Below, piece after piece: positions 42,952 through 54,322 of a stretch of 64,000 nt of DNA. A program made the translations under genes and the position numbers. Where the stretch lies: contig CBDCYI010000011.1 of assembly GCA_965224085.1 (NCBI GenBank), positions 192,001 to 256,000 of the forward strand, given 5' to 3'. The first letter of the stretch is position 1, and each line of letters starts with the position of its first letter. The notes beneath the pieces are model-generated. The model had not been told where the DNA came from. It made no database searches and worked only from the letters and a program-made list of their open reading frames with translations. The DNA comes from Candidatus Marinacidobacterales bacterium (lineage in GTDB: Bacteria; Acidobacteriota; Vicinamibacteria; Marinacidobacterales; SMYC01).

Positions 42952-43794
42952 TCATGAGTCCTTTGCTTCCACGAGCTCGGATGGGCGCTTGATGGTCGCG
43001 TCGAACGGAACCTTCAGCTGATAGAGAAGGTTCTCGTGTTCTCCGTCCGGCAGTACGTTCAGGCCGTAGCGCACTTTCGTCACGTCGCCGTAAGTGAGCG
43101 TGCCGAACAAACGATCCCAGATGGAAAAGATGTTTCCGTAATTCGTGTCGGTCCACGGGAGCTCGAAATGGTGATGGAACTTGTGTAAGTTCGGCGTGAC
43201 GAACACGAAGCTCAGTGGCCGGTCGAGCCAATCCGGCACAGCTATGTTCGCGTGTGTGGCGTAGGTGAACAAGACCGTCGTGATTCGATAGAGCATATAG
43301 AAAGCAAAAGGCACGCCCACGACGACGACCGTGACGAGCGCGAAAGCCTCGCGCATCACGTAGTCTCCCGGATGGTGCCGTGTTCCTGTCGTCGCGTCGA
43401 CGTTCACATCGCTGTGATGCACCATGTGAAACCGCCACATCCAGCCCACCTTGTGGAGCAAGAAATGCACCAGATATTGCCCGACGAGATCCAGCAGCAG
43501 GAAGGCAACGACGAGCTTTGCCCAGACCGGAAGCTCCATTAAGTAGAGCAGGCCCACCTGGTTTGCCGAGATCCACGCGAACGCGCCGACGCTCGCGACG
43601 GTAAATGCTGTGTTGATGGCGAGCGTGGTGAACAAGAGCACGAAGTTGATGCGGGCGTGGCTCCACTTGTTATACGCGAGCTGGACCAGCGGCTTTGCGT
43701 CCTCGAGAGCCCAGCTGGCGGACAAACAGACGAGGACCCAGGCCGCCTTTTGCCACGTGGGCATGTTCTCGAAAAACCCCAAGAGCTCCGTCAT
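42952..43794 (-). CDS. Sterol desaturase / fatty acid hydroxylase family
   Basis: His boxes HFLLH, HMVHH, HAN, HKFHH; NYGNIFSIWDRLFGT. Confidence 0.92.
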   Translation of the reverse strand: MTELLGFFENMPTWQKAAWVLVCLSASWALEDAKPLVQLAYNKWSHARINFVLLFTTLAINTAFTVASVGAFAWISANQVGLLYLMELPVWAKLVVAFLLLDLVGQYLVHFLLHKVGWMWRFHMVHHSDVNVDATTGTRHHPGDYVMREAFALVTVVVVGVPFAFYMLYRITTVLFTYATHANIAVPDWLDRPLSFVFVTPNLHKFHHHFELPWTDTNYGNIFSIWDRLFGTLTYGDVTKVRYGLNVLPDGEHENLLYQLKVPFDATIKRPSELVEAKDS

Positions 43795-43834
43795 GGTGGC
43801 TTCTGTGTATGCTACTACTCTAGGGGGACCACGC

Positions 43835-44584
43835 GTGCTTCGAGACGAAGAGGTCGAGCTTCGGTTCTACGAGGAGCTCAATGATTTTCTTCCCCGCCAT
43901 CGGCGGAAACGTAGCTTCCACCACCGCTTGCGCGGACCTCGTTCGGTCAAGGACTTTGTCGAATCGCTCGGCGTGCCGCATACCGAGATCGACGTCATCC
44001 TCGTGAACGGGGAGTCCGTCGGTTTCGAGCATCGCCTCACCGGTGGCGAGCGCGTGGCCGTCTACCCGGTGTTCGAGCGGCTGGACGTTTCGAGTGTCAC
44101 TCGGCTTCGTCCCGAGCCGCTCCGCGATCCGAAATTCATTGCGGACGTGCATTTGGGAAAGCTCGCGCGCTACCTGAGGCTCCTTGGTTTCGATACCGTC
44201 TATGAGCGTGATCTGGACGACGCTGCCATCGCCCTCCGTGCTCGCGATGAGCAGCGGATCGTGCTCACGCGCGATCGCGGGCTTCTCAAGAGAAATGCGG
44301 TAACGCACGCGCACGCCGTTCGCTCGATGGAACCGGACGGCCAACTTAAGGAGGTCGTCGAGGCGTTCGACCTCCGGAGCCGCATTGCGCCCTTTACACG
44401 TTGCCTGAAGTGCAGCGGTACGGTTCGAAACGTCGATAAGGCGGAAGTCGAGCACCAGCTGCCGAAGCATACGCGAAGGGAGTATGACCGCTTCCTTCGC
44501 TGCGAGAACTGCGCGTCGATCTACTGGCCCGGCGCACATTTCGCGAGGCTTCGCGCGCTCGTCGACTCGGTCTCGGCTGAGTAG
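43835..44584 (+). CDS. Mut7-C ubiquitin-like/PIN RNase
   Basis: RFYEELNDFL, GVPHTE, DVHLGKLARYLRLLGFD, RCLKC...CENC..IYWPGAH. Confidence 0.92.
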   Translation: MLRDEEVELRFYEELNDFLPRHRRKRSFHHRLRGPRSVKDFVESLGVPHTEIDVILVNGESVGFEHRLTGGERVAVYPVFERLDVSSVTRLRPEPLRDPKFIADVHLGKLARYLRLLGFDTVYERDLDDAAIALRARDEQRIVLTRDRGLLKRNAVTHAHAVRSMEPDGQLKEVVEAFDLRSRIAPFTRCLKCSGTVRNVDKAEVEHQLPKHTRREYDRFLRCENCASIYWPGAHFARLRALVDSVSAE

Positions 44585-45032
44585 CACTTGGCGAGCTCGG
44601 TGTCATACTGGTTTAGATGCTCGATGCAATGGCGGCGGTCCTTCTCGTTGTGTCCAGTCTCCTGGCACTCCAGACCGTCATCAATCTGCTCGTCTTTCGG
44701 ACGCTCGAAGAGGCGTCCCAGACGAGCCGCTCGCGCGTTTCCATTGTCATCCCCGCGAGAAACGAGGCACGCACGATCGGGAAAACACTCGATGCAGCTT
44801 TGCGCCAGGACTATCCGGATTTCGAGGTCATCATCGTCGATGACGACTCGACCGATGGAACGGCGGCCGAGATTGCAAAGCGATCCTCGGACGCGAAGCT
44901 CATCAGCATGACCTCTCGCCCGCTCGAGGCCGGTTGGCTCGGAAAGCCCAACGCGCTCGCCACCGGCGCGGCTCGAGCGACAGGGCGCTTCATCCTCTTC
45001 ATGGATGCCGATGTCGAGCTGCACCCGCTAGC

Positions 45033-47032
45033 CCATGTTTCCCTTTTAGGTCTCTAAGTCATCATAAACAAAGGACTGAGATCCGCGGTTTGTCTCTACG
45101 CTGACAGCACCTCCTCGGAGAAGGCTGGCGGGTCGCGTTCAACGATTCCGAGTGCAGTCAGGATCGAGTTGGCGCGAGCGGTGCCGCGCGTGACGACGCG
45201 CTTGGTCCGCCCAGAACCCAGCTGTAAGTCGACGAGCCGGACCGAGCGTAGCGCTTGTAGTGCCTCGGTTGCGGACAGGTCGAGTTCGGCGACCTTGAGC
45301 TTTTTCTCAAGAGCCCGATGCACAAGGAAGGCCAGCGTAGCTACGAAAAGATGTGCCCCCACACGCTCATCGGTCTGGTGGTAAACGGGACGCATCTCAA
45401 TGACATCCTTAAGGCATGAGAAGGCTCGCTCGACCTCGTTTAGGTCCTTGTAAAGGCGCACGGCGTCGACCGGAGAGAGGTTTTGCTCCTCGGTTTGAAT
45501 AACGTACTTACCCTCGTAGGCTTGCTCGCGCTTGAGGTTGTCCGGGTGCTCGAAGAAGCGGAAGCGAGCGTTTTTGTACTCCCAGTCGTAGTAACGGTGA
45601 CCGTGGTGGCGTGCCTGTATGCGCGCGGCGGCGGCACCGATTTTCTCGGGGGCTTTCAATCGTCCCTCGCGCACGCGGCGCTCAAGGGCCTCGAATGCCG
45701 CACGGGCACGTCCCATGGCCCGCAGCCTCTGCCCGCGCTCGTAGGCGAGCCTTTCGTCGCTGTGAACGACGAAGATGCGCACGCCAGACTGCTCGGAGCG
45801 GACTTCTTGCACACGAGTCTTAGGTGGCTCGGCTTTTTCGCTCACCGTGATGCCACCAGGGCAGTCGATCCACTCTCCGCTGGCGCGCTCGATGTAACGA
45901 TAGACCTCCTCGCGCCGTCGTCTTTGCAGCCCGACGAGATAGCCCTGCTTGCGCGAGCGCACCACCGCCAGGCTGTCGCTCGTTACCATCCCTCGGTCGC
46001 CGACAAAAACCACGCGGTGCAAACCGAATCGTTCGTTGAGATCGTTGAGCACCTGCGGCACCGTTTTCGCGTCACGCCAGTTGCCGGCGAAAACATGGTG
46101 GGCGATCGGCCAACCGTCCACCATCACCAGACCGACAAGCACTTGCCGGTTACGCGGTCTGCGGTCGCGACTGTAGCCGTGGGCGCCGAGCCCCGGAGGG
46201 CCTTGACCTTCGAAGTACGTCGACGTCAGGTCGTAAAACACCATGTCAACCTCAAGCGAAAACAGATCCCGCAAGCGCAAAAACAGCTCTTTCTCGATCT
46301 GTTCTTTGCGGGCATGCAGCTGGTCGAGCGTTCGGTACCATTGCTTGAGTTGGCAAAACTCCACGCGAACCCGCGGGGAGCGACTCGCTCGCCGCTCCCC
46401 ATCATCGCGCCACTGCGGCACCCACCGCCGCCCCTGCCGGTCGCAGACGAAGTCGGTCTCGAGCCAGCGCGCCAGACCGTGCTCGCTTGACGGAGCACAT
46501 AGCCGGTTGGCGACCAGCACCAAAGCTCGCTCGCTTAGCGCCACTCCGTCGCGCTTGCCGCGGCCTCCGAGCCGGTCGAGAATCTGCTCCAGTCCGAGCT
46601 CGCGCCACAGCGTCGCCGTCACCACCATCGGACCCCAATCCCACGCGTCTGCCCCCGCGATCTGCTCGGCTGCTCGCTCGGTGTCGGCCGGTTCACCGGC
46701 CCCAAGCAACCGATTGAGGGAGTCGAGATTGGCAACTAGGAGATCCTTGCGCCCCAAGTTGCACACTACGCGTTGCTTCGGCTTGCCGTGCTCCCGATAC
46801 GACTCGACCAGGCGGACATACTCATGTTGAACCCCTTTGCCGCCTGCGGCCCGAACGATGCGGAAGAACATAACCTGTCCTCACGCATACTACATATCAT
46901 TGTCCACGATTACAACGTATTAATGGCGCTCAAAGCACAATATCTGTCTCTACGTTTTGGGCAAATTCAACCCCCGTTCCTTTGAATTCAGTCACTTACG
47001 AGCGTTAGGGTGCCCATAAAGGGTAAACATGG
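45033..47032 (-). mobile_element. Complete IS1634-family element (2000 bp) with GCTAGC target duplication
   Basis: Inverted ends CCATGTTTCCCTTT / AAAGGGTAAACATGG; GCTAGC at 45027-45032 and 47033-47038. Confidence 0.95.
45096..46871 (-). CDS. IS1634-family DDE transposase
   Basis: YVRLVESYR, FYDLTSTYFEG, GYSRD, VGDRGM, VERAF, RPVYH. Confidence 0.95.
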   Translation of the reverse strand: MFFRIVRAAGGKGVQHEYVRLVESYREHGKPKQRVVCNLGRKDLLVANLDSLNRLLGAGEPADTERAAEQIAGADAWDWGPMVVTATLWRELGLEQILDRLGGRGKRDGVALSERALVLVANRLCAPSSEHGLARWLETDFVCDRQGRRWVPQWRDDGERRASRSPRVRVEFCQLKQWYRTLDQLHARKEQIEKELFLRLRDLFSLEVDMVFYDLTSTYFEGQGPPGLGAHGYSRDRRPRNRQVLVGLVMVDGWPIAHHVFAGNWRDAKTVPQVLNDLNERFGLHRVVFVGDRGMVTSDSLAVVRSRKQGYLVGLQRRRREEVYRYIERASGEWIDCPGGITVSEKAEPPKTRVQEVRSEQSGVRIFVVHSDERLAYERGQRLRAMGRARAAFEALERRVREGRLKAPEKIGAAAARIQARHHGHRYYDWEYKNARFRFFEHPDNLKREQAYEGKYVIQTEEQNLSPVDAVRLYKDLNEVERAFSCLKDVIEMRPVYHQTDERVGAHLFVATLAFLVHRALEKKLKVAELDLSATEALQALRSVRLVDLQLGSGRTKRVVTRGTARANSILTALGIVERDPPAFSEEVLSA

Positions 47033-47776
47033 GCTAGCGCTCCGGGATTCGGTCGCGGCTTGTGAGCGGTCCGGCTGGAGCCACCTGGCGCTCCTGCCGC
47101 ATTTAGAGAGAGAAGGCTTCTGGGAAGAGCTTCTCATGCCAATGATCCCGAACGTCGCCTTTGTGTGCCTACCATCTTTTCTCGCGTTTTTGCCCTGGAC
47201 CCGCATCGCCGCTGGGAGCGGCGCGTTCGGGCTCGTCGAGCGGGAGGCTTACGAATCGATGGGCGGCCATGATCGGCTTCGAAACTCGGTCGTCGACGAT
47301 GTGAGGCTCGCCATCGAGCTCAAACGTGCGGGCTTCAAGAGCCGCGCCCGTCTGGGCGCGCACCGCCTTCGCCTTCGCATGTATCACGGGCTCGACGAAA
47401 TCGTCGAGGGTTTCACCAAGAACGCGCATGCGGGATTCGGGAGCTCGACCCTGGGCCCGCTCTTCGTGCTCCCAGTGATCCTCTGGATCGGCTTCACACC
47501 CCATACGTGGCCGATCTTGGCAGCGCTCTATCCTGAGCTCGCCTTTGTGGGTGCCATTGGGTCGATCGGCGCGAGCTTCGGGATCGTCTTGTTGGCGCAG
47601 AGCCTCGTCCATTGGCGTCTGGGATTCCCACTCTGGCCCGTCCTCGTGGCGCCTGTCGCCACGTTGATAGGGCTTTTCGTCGTGCTCCGCTCGCTCAAGA
47701 TGGTGCGCAACGAAGGGGTCGTGCGCTGGCGCGGTCGCGAATACCCGCACGAGAGCACTGAGTTCTGAGTAGGAAG

Positions 47777-47808
47777 AAAAAAAAGCCGGCGCCCGATCGG
47801 ATGCCGGC
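47777..47808 (-). terminator. Rho-independent terminator
   Basis: GCCGGC...GCCGGC stem followed by T8 on the minus strand, just after the DUF4399 stop. Confidence 0.8.
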
Positions 47809-47821
47809 GTGCTGAAACAGA

Positions 47822-48361
47822 CTACTCGGAGACGACAATCGTGACCGAGGCGCACAGGCCGGGCTCGTCGAGCGTCACGTGCTCGCCATCGCCGAGCTGA
47901 ATCGTAAGCGTATGCTCGCCCTCCGGGAGTTGCATTTCGATCATCGCCGAGCCGTCGCCGAAATGTACCCAAGGGTCGGCTTCTGGAATGGCCTCTCCCG
48001 CAGGGAGACATTCGGTGTTGACGCCGATGTGATGGTGGCCCGCTCCGGCGTGCACGTCACCTTTGGGCTCGATCACGATGTTCTCGGATCCGAACTCGAA
48101 CGCGACCGGCGAAGTCACGGTCGCGCCGTCTTCCGGAGTGATAAACCATACACGCGGTGCGTCCGAGCCCTCCGCCATTTCGGCGGGCTCTTCCGCGGCA
48201 GCGTGTTCCATGCCGGCCTCGTGGCCTGCTTCTTCTGCTACTTCTGCTTGTTCTCCACCGCCACCGGCGCAGGCGACGCTGAGGCAAAGAAGAACGATGC
48301 AAGCAAGAGCGGTCAAGCAGAATCCGTATCTCCCCTCGATAGGGGTGAGATGGGTCCTCAT
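47822..48361 (-). CDS. DUF4399 lipoprotein
   Basis: Lipobox SVAC; PEDGATVTSPV, GHHH, HFGDG, GEHTLTIQLGDGEH. Confidence 0.88.
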   Translation of the reverse strand: MRTHLTPIEGRYGFCLTALACIVLLCLSVACAGGGGEQAEVAEEAGHEAGMEHAAAEEPAEMAEGSDAPRVWFITPEDGATVTSPVAFEFGSENIVIEPKGDVHAGAGHHHIGVNTECLPAGEAIPEADPWVHFGDGSAMIEMQLPEGEHTLTIQLGDGEHVTLDEPGLCASVTIVVSE

Positions 48362-48524
48362 TTTAGAATCTCCTTATGGTCGGGGCTTTGCGCGGCAGCG
48401 GTGAATTCGAGCCGTGCGCGGATCTCCAGTCCAATCCTAGGAGAAAACCCGGCCCACGACAAGCGCAAAGGGGGCGGCCTTTTTGGCCTTGATTCATGCA
48501 ACCGCCGAAAGCACCGTCCTGATT

Positions 48525-49199
48525 TCACGCTACGCGGACCCACCGCCCACCCACCATCGTGCGCTCGACGGAGATATCGATGAGCGTCGACGGGTCGACT
48601 TCGGTCGGATCTTGGCCGAGCACGACGAGATCGGCGAGCTTGCCGGCTTCGATCGAGCCTTTGTCGTTTTCTTCGAAAGACGCATGCGCGCCGTGGAGCG
48701 TGCCGCCGCGGATCGCTTCCAAAACGCTCACTCTTTGACTCGGGCCCCACACGGTCCCGTTCATGTCCGTGCGGGTGACGCTCGATTGGAGCGCCATCAT
48801 CGGCTCGAACGGCCCGGGCGGTAGTCAGAAGTCTGCGTCACTTTGATCCCCGCATCAAGGAAGCTCCGGACTGCGAACATGTGCTGCAGCCGTTCGGCGC
48901 CGTAGTAGATCATCTTCTCCCCGTGATAGCAGACGTAAGTCGAGAACAGATTCGGGATCGCGCCGAGCGCGCGGATGCGCACGATGAGTTCGTCGTTGAC
49001 GACGGTGCGGTGCTCGAGGCGGAAACGCGGATCCTCGCGCGGCAGCTCCTGTTGGACAGCTTCGGCCTTTGGCTGTCGATCGTCGATAGTACTAAAGTTG
49101 CCGTGGTGCAGGATCAGCTCTGCTCGAGTCAGCTCGATCGGGAGAAGACTTGCGGCGCTGACGCTCTTGAAAAAACTCGCGGCGGTTCAGACGAAACAT
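48525..49199 (-). pseudogene. Amidohydrolase_3 (YtcJ-like) with large internal deletion and frameshifts
   Basis: Tat-like NRREFF and LILHHGN..TIDDRQPKAEAV joined directly to RFRLEH...KGSIEAGKLADLVVL...TMVGG. Confidence 0.85.
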
Positions 49200-49285
49200 G
49201 GTGCCTCCTCTCGAGGAGGCACGATTCTAGCAGGCCTGCTAGTCCCTGTGGTTCGTCACAAAATCTCGGGCTTAATACAGGGGGA

Positions 49286-50780
49286 CTAGTTTTCGGTGTC
49301 GGACTCGTTTTTCTGAGGCCGCTCGGGCGGAAGCCCCGAGAGGAACACGTCGCTCAAGCCAGCGATGGTTCGATGGTCGAGGCTCGATTCGCTGCGGAAC
49401 ATTGCCTGTTCCTCGCCGGTCTCGCCGATAGCGAGTAGCGCCGCGACGAGAACTTCGAATTGTGTCGGGCCGGGCTCAGAGGCGAGGACGTCGGCGAGAC
49501 GCACGATACCCCTACGAATACGCTCGGCCAGTTGCTCCGCGCGTTGGTGATCCGGTGCGATTCTGAGAGCTTCGCACACGAGCCGGAGGCTCCCGGCGAG
49601 ATCGCCAGAATGATGTCTCGGCGGCCGCTAGTTTTTCATCGGCCCTGATGGCGTCTTGCTGCGTGGCTCCCGACGTTGGGGGCACCCTCGTCCACGTCGC
49701 CTCGTAAATCGACACCGTCGGGTCATTGTCGCTCGCGCTGACTGCGGCGCTCTCCACGAGCTTCTCGAGCCGGCGCAAATGCAGGCTCGCCCCATCCTTG
49801 AGGCCGACGAGCGACATGTAGCTTACGTCGTCGCGCTCGAGCGACGCCGTGAGACGTTTCGACGGCGAGCCGATGCCTTCCCGGGAAAAGAGCTCCTGGT
49901 TTTGATGCGCTAGATCCTTGACCTGGGTCAGTGTGCCTCGTGCTTCCTCGCGTAGTTGCCTCTTGTATTGGCTGAGGAATCGCCGAAAACGGGTCAGATC
50001 CCTAACCAGACCGTCGGCGTTTTGATAGCGCCGTTCCACGGACTTGTTCATCATCTTCGACACGATACGGCTCAGCTCCGCTGGAATGGCGGGAACGAGC
50101 CCCCGGATCGGTTTCGGAGTACAGCGAAGGATCTCGTCGAAGATTACCTGGAGATTCTCGCCGTCGAATGCTTTCTTGCTCGTTAGCAGCTCATAGATGA
50201 GAGCTCCGAGCGAGAAGATGTCGGATCGCGGATCCGCTTTGCCGCCGATGACTTGCTCGGGAGACATGTAGAACGGCGTCCCTACGATCTGCCCTACCTC
50301 CGTGATCGTGGAAAAGGCGATATGGGCGAGCCCGAAATCGAGGAGCTTGATTTCGCCGGCTTGGGTCACGAAGACGTTACGCGGTTTGATATCGCGGTGG
50401 ACGACACCTCGATGATGAGCGTGGGCGAGCCCTTCTGCGATACTCTCGGCGATGCGGAGTTTTGTTTCAAAGGTCAGGTGCTCGCGCGACCCCATTAGCG
50501 CCGTCACGTCGCTGCCTTCGAGTAGCTCCATCGCGATGAAGACTTTGTCGTTCTCTTGGCCAAGGTCGAACACGGTGACGATATTCGGATGCTTCAGGGA
50601 GGCAATGACGCGCGCCTCCCGAAAAAACCGCTCTACGGCTTGAACGTTGGGCTCGGCACCGATGGTATGGATCTTGAGGGCGACCTCGCGCTCGAGGACA
50701 GTGTCGAGAGCGCAGTAAACGACCCCCATCCCGCCTTTGCCGATCCGCCGAACGATCTTGTACTTGCCGATTTTTTTCAT
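49286..50780 (-). pseudogene. Ser/Thr kinase with helical C-terminal region; frameshift near 49610
   Basis: IGKGGMGVV, HRDIKPRN, DFG, GTPFYMSPE; TPR-like continuation in another frame. Confidence 0.85.
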
Positions 50781-50873
50781 GGCGCGTGTCATCCGTGTAC
50801 AGTCTGCAAAGCGTCAGGGGAGGCCAATCAGACCAGGGATCGCGCCCGGAGTCAAATGGCGCGCACCGGGCCC

Positions 50874-51302
50874 TTAGTCGCTAAAGTCCTGGCTCACGAC
50901 ACGTTCGGGCTCGAGCACGAGAAGCACGTGCGGCAGGTCCCGAACGCTCTCGTAGTAGCTTCGAGCGTCTTCCTCGCGCTCGTAGTAGCGCCGAATGATG
51001 CGCCAGCGCATGGCCGCGCTTGCTTCGTCGTCTCCGGGCCGGAGCTCGGCGGTGCCGTACAGCATGACGGCCCGCACGTCACCACGACCGCCGTCGATGC
51101 AGAGGCTCACGCCCGGGCGGCGTTTCAGGTTCTTATGTTTCGCGCTGCCACTAACGATGCTCATGGAAAGCCGGCCGTCCTCGTACAGGAACCATACCGG
51201 GCTGAGCTGCGGGGGGCCCTCGCTCGCGTGCGTGGCGAGAATCGCATGGAGCGGCTGTTGCAGAAAAGCGTCGATTTCGGCGTCTGTCATCCGCTTGGTC
51301 AT
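50874..51302 (-). CDS. PPOX-class (pyridoxamine 5'-phosphate oxidase-like) flavin/F420 oxidoreductase
   Basis: LAT..EGPPQLSPVWF, KHKNLKRRPGVSL. Confidence 0.85.
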   Translation of the reverse strand: MTKRMTDAEIDAFLQQPLHAILATHASEGPPQLSPVWFLYEDGRLSMSIVSGSAKHKNLKRRPGVSLCIDGGRGDVRAVMLYGTAELRPGDDEASAAMRWRIIRRYYEREEDARSYYESVRDLPHVLLVLEPERVVSQDFSD

Positions 51303-51474
51303 GTGCCCAGCATAACGTGGATGCGCGCCGCGTCGGATTTTCACCCGGCTCCCGTTTGGACTATGATCCCGCGTCACCGAAAGCCGGAAGGACCAGGAGT
51401 AGCTCATTTTTTCGTCGATCGATCTTCTGAAGGGCAACCGGCTACGGTGGCCCTTTCACGTTAGGGAGTTCTTC

Positions 51475-52341
51475 ATGAAAAATTGGTCTCGACTCTTTCT
51501 TGCGGCCGTGTTCGTCCCGGCTGCAATGTGGGCGGAATCCCTGACGCCGGAAAAGGTGCTCGATCGGAGAGGGCTTTCGGAGGTTCGCTGGTCGCCCGAT
51601 GGCACCAAGGTCGCGTTCGTCGTCGCCGAGCCGATGCGCGGGGCGGATCAGAACCGCGATATCTGGCTCTACGACGAAACGCATGATGAGCTGCGCCGGC
51701 TGACGACTTCCGACGAGTCGGATCGCTCCCCCCGCTGGTCGCCAGATGGCCGCACGCTCGCTTTCATCTCCGACCCGGCGCAGATCCATTTGCTGCCGAT
51801 GAGCGGCGGCGAAGCGCGGGCGCTCACTAACGGGAAAACCGGGGTCACCCGCTTCGTCTGGTCGCCGGACGGGAGCGCCATCGCGTTTCTCGCGCCCGAG
51901 CCTCGATCCGAAGAGGACGAAAAAAGAAACGAAGACAAAGACGATGCCCGCGTTGTCGACAAGGACGACCGCCCTCCGCAGCTGTGGAGCGTCGACGTGG
52001 CTTCCGGCGACGTGTCCGCATTGACGACCGGCATCAATGCTTACGACACTTGGTTTCTCGGAAACCCCTACGAGAACCAAGCTCATTTCGTCGAGCGCTC
52101 GCCCGTCACTCATGTCCGAAACGCCAAGACCCCGACGTTAATCCCCTGCGGCGAGAACGACAGGACGGATCCCATCGGGCAATGCACGCAGTTTTACCGC
52201 GGGCTGCGGCGCTACGGTGTCGATGCCGAGCTCGTGATCTATCCACGCGAAGGAAACGGCATACGCGAAGAAAAACATCGTCTCGATCTGCTTCGCCGCG
52301 TAGTGGCCTGGTTCGACGCGCGTCTTAGAAGCGGGTCGTAA
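51475..52341 (+). pseudogene. S9 peptidase with in-frame internal deletion
   Basis: Signal and PD40 repeats joined to SPVTHVRNAKTPTL...GEND...YPREG; no GxSxGG nucleophile motif. Confidence 0.85.
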
Positions 52342-53209
52342 GTGTCCGCGTCGGTTCTCGACATCCGGGGGGCTCTCCTACCGCTACCCCGGCGCTGATC
52401 GCGACGCGCTCCGGGATCTCGCATTCACGGTGGATGAGGGCGAGATCTTCGGCTTTCTCGGGCCGAACGGATCGGGGAAAAGTACGACGCAGAAGCTTCT
52501 CACCGGCATCCTCCACGGCTACAAAGGCCGCATCGAAGTTTTAGGGCGAGATTTACAAGACCAGGGGAGCGACTATTACAACTCGGTTGGCGTGTGCTTT
52601 GAGTTTCCGAATCTGTACGAGAAGCTCACCGCAGAGGAGAACCTGGAGTTCTACGGGGCGTTTTTTGAAGGCTCCACCGAGCGCGCCGCCGACGTACTGA
52701 AACGGCTCGACCTTCCCCTTGGCGACCGCCGCGTCGCGGGGCAATGGTCGAAGGGCATGAAGATGCGCTTGACCCTCGCGCGATCGCTCGTCAACAAGCC
52801 GCGTCTATGGTTTCTCGACGAGCCGACGACAGGACAGGATCCGCAACACGCGGTTCTGATTCGAAAGCTCATCCGCGAGAAGGCCGAAGCGGGTACGAGC
52901 GTCTTTCTCACGACTCATGACATGACGGTCGCAGACGAGCTCTGCGATCGGGTCGCGTTTCTCGTGGACGGGACGATCGTGCTCGTGGACGCGCCGCGCA
53001 AGCTGAAGCTCGCGCACACGAGCCATGTCGCTCGCGTGGAACATCGCAACGGCGGCGAAGTGATGAGCAGCGATTTCGATCTGGCCGAAGCGACGCAAAA
53101 GAAGCGCTTTCTCGACCTCGTCCGCGACCAAGACATCGACACCATCCATACGCAAGAGCCGTCTCTCGAGGATGTTTTCTTGAAAGTCACCGGCCGGGAG
53201 CTCGCGTGA
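52342..53209 (+). CDS. ABC exporter ATP-binding subunit (Rv2688c-like); frameshift in G6 at 52367-52372
   Basis: GPNGSGKST, SKGM, LDEPT; N-terminus MSASVLDIRG/LSYRYP is out of frame. Confidence 0.85.
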
Positions 53210-53916
53210 GCCCGTCGCGTCTCAAGAACGCCGTTCGTCTGATGCTACTGATCCAGTATCGCTCGGGATTTCTGCAAATCTATTTCGGCGTCACCTTCTC
53301 GACCATCTTGATCGTGCGCGTCTTCGTGCCCGAATCCTGGTGGAGCATCGTCGTGCCCGGCCTGCTTCTCGGTGAGTACGGAACCATGGGCGTCTTCATG
53401 GTGGCGGCCATGCGTTTTCTCGAGCGCCAGGAAGGCAGCACAGCGGCGCTCGTCGTGACGCCCTTGCGAGCTCGGGAGCACGTGCTCGCGGTGATCTTGG
53501 CGCCGAGCGCTGTCGCTGTCGTGGCCGGACTCGCCGTCTTCGCGGCTATCGTCGGCGTCGATAGCCGCCTTCTGTTTCTGTTCATGCCTCTTTTTCTAAC
53601 GACGGTTCTCGCGGGATCGGTGGGCCTCATCGTGTCGTCCCACTACGCCGAGTTCACGCGCTTTTTACTCGGTGCCATCCCCATCGTTACCATCTTCTCG
53701 TTGCCGTTTCTTTCTTACTTCGACGTGACCCCTCGCTATACCTTCGTTTGGCTTCCCTGGGATGCCGCGCTTTTCTCGTTCGCGAATGTGGCGGGGGATG
53801 AGGTCCACTCGCTGGCTTACGTTTTGTTGAGCCTGCAGCTCGCCGTGTTTGCGGCCCTCTCGCTCGTCTGGGCGGAGCGTGTTTTCCGGCGGCGCGTGCG
53901 GGAGGGCGTTTTGTGA
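53206..53916 (+). CDS. ABC exporter permease (Rv2687c-like)
   Basis: Multi-TM protein, ERQEGSTAALVVTPL; start overlaps ATPase stop. Confidence 0.8.
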   Translation: MSPSRLKNAVRLMLLIQYRSGFLQIYFGVTFSTILIVRVFVPESWWSIVVPGLLLGEYGTMGVFMVAAMRFLERQEGSTAALVVTPLRAREHVLAVILAPSAVAVVAGLAVFAAIVGVDSRLLFLFMPLFLTTVLAGSVGLIVSSHYAEFTRFLLGAIPIVTIFSLPFLSYFDVTPRYTFVWLPWDAALFSFANVAGDEVHSLAYVLLSLQLAVFAALSLVWAERVFRRRVREGVL

Positions 53917-54322
53917 GCCAGCTGAGCGCGCTCGCGCGAAAAGATGCTCGGATCGTGTATCGCGACCGCTTCATGATCTTCATTGCCCTCTACGCGCTCG
54001 TCATCGCGGTCGCGTGCCGCATCATCGTCCCCTGGATTACCGTGCCCGAGATCGACTTCTACTTAGCACCCGCGGTGGTGCTCACGGGACCGCTTCTTCC
54101 TCGGCACGCTTCTGGGCTTCGCTTTGATCGAAGAGCGTGAGCAAGTCACATGGCTTTTGATCCGGGTTCTGCCGGTACGCCCGCTCCGGGTGTTTGTTTA
54201 CTTGTCGCTGAGTGCAACGGCGCTGTCCTTCGTCATCGGTCTCGCTGCGGCGATATTGTACGGTTTTCCCATCCCAGACTGGCCGCGTTTTCTCCTCATG
54301 CTCGCCACGACCTCGCTTGGCG
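53913..54322 (+). pseudogene. Second ABC permease, frameshifted and truncated
   Basis: KDARIVYRD, GFALIEEREQ..IRVLPV. Confidence 0.75.

Larger units (their letters stand above)
44617..47768 (+). pseudogene. Family 2 glycosyltransferase (CrtQ/HpnB-like) split by IS1634
   Basis: IPARNE, DDDSTDGT, GWLGKPNA, DAD on the left; VVDDVRLA, RMYHG, WRGR on the right; frame restored on IS removal. Confidence 0.9.
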
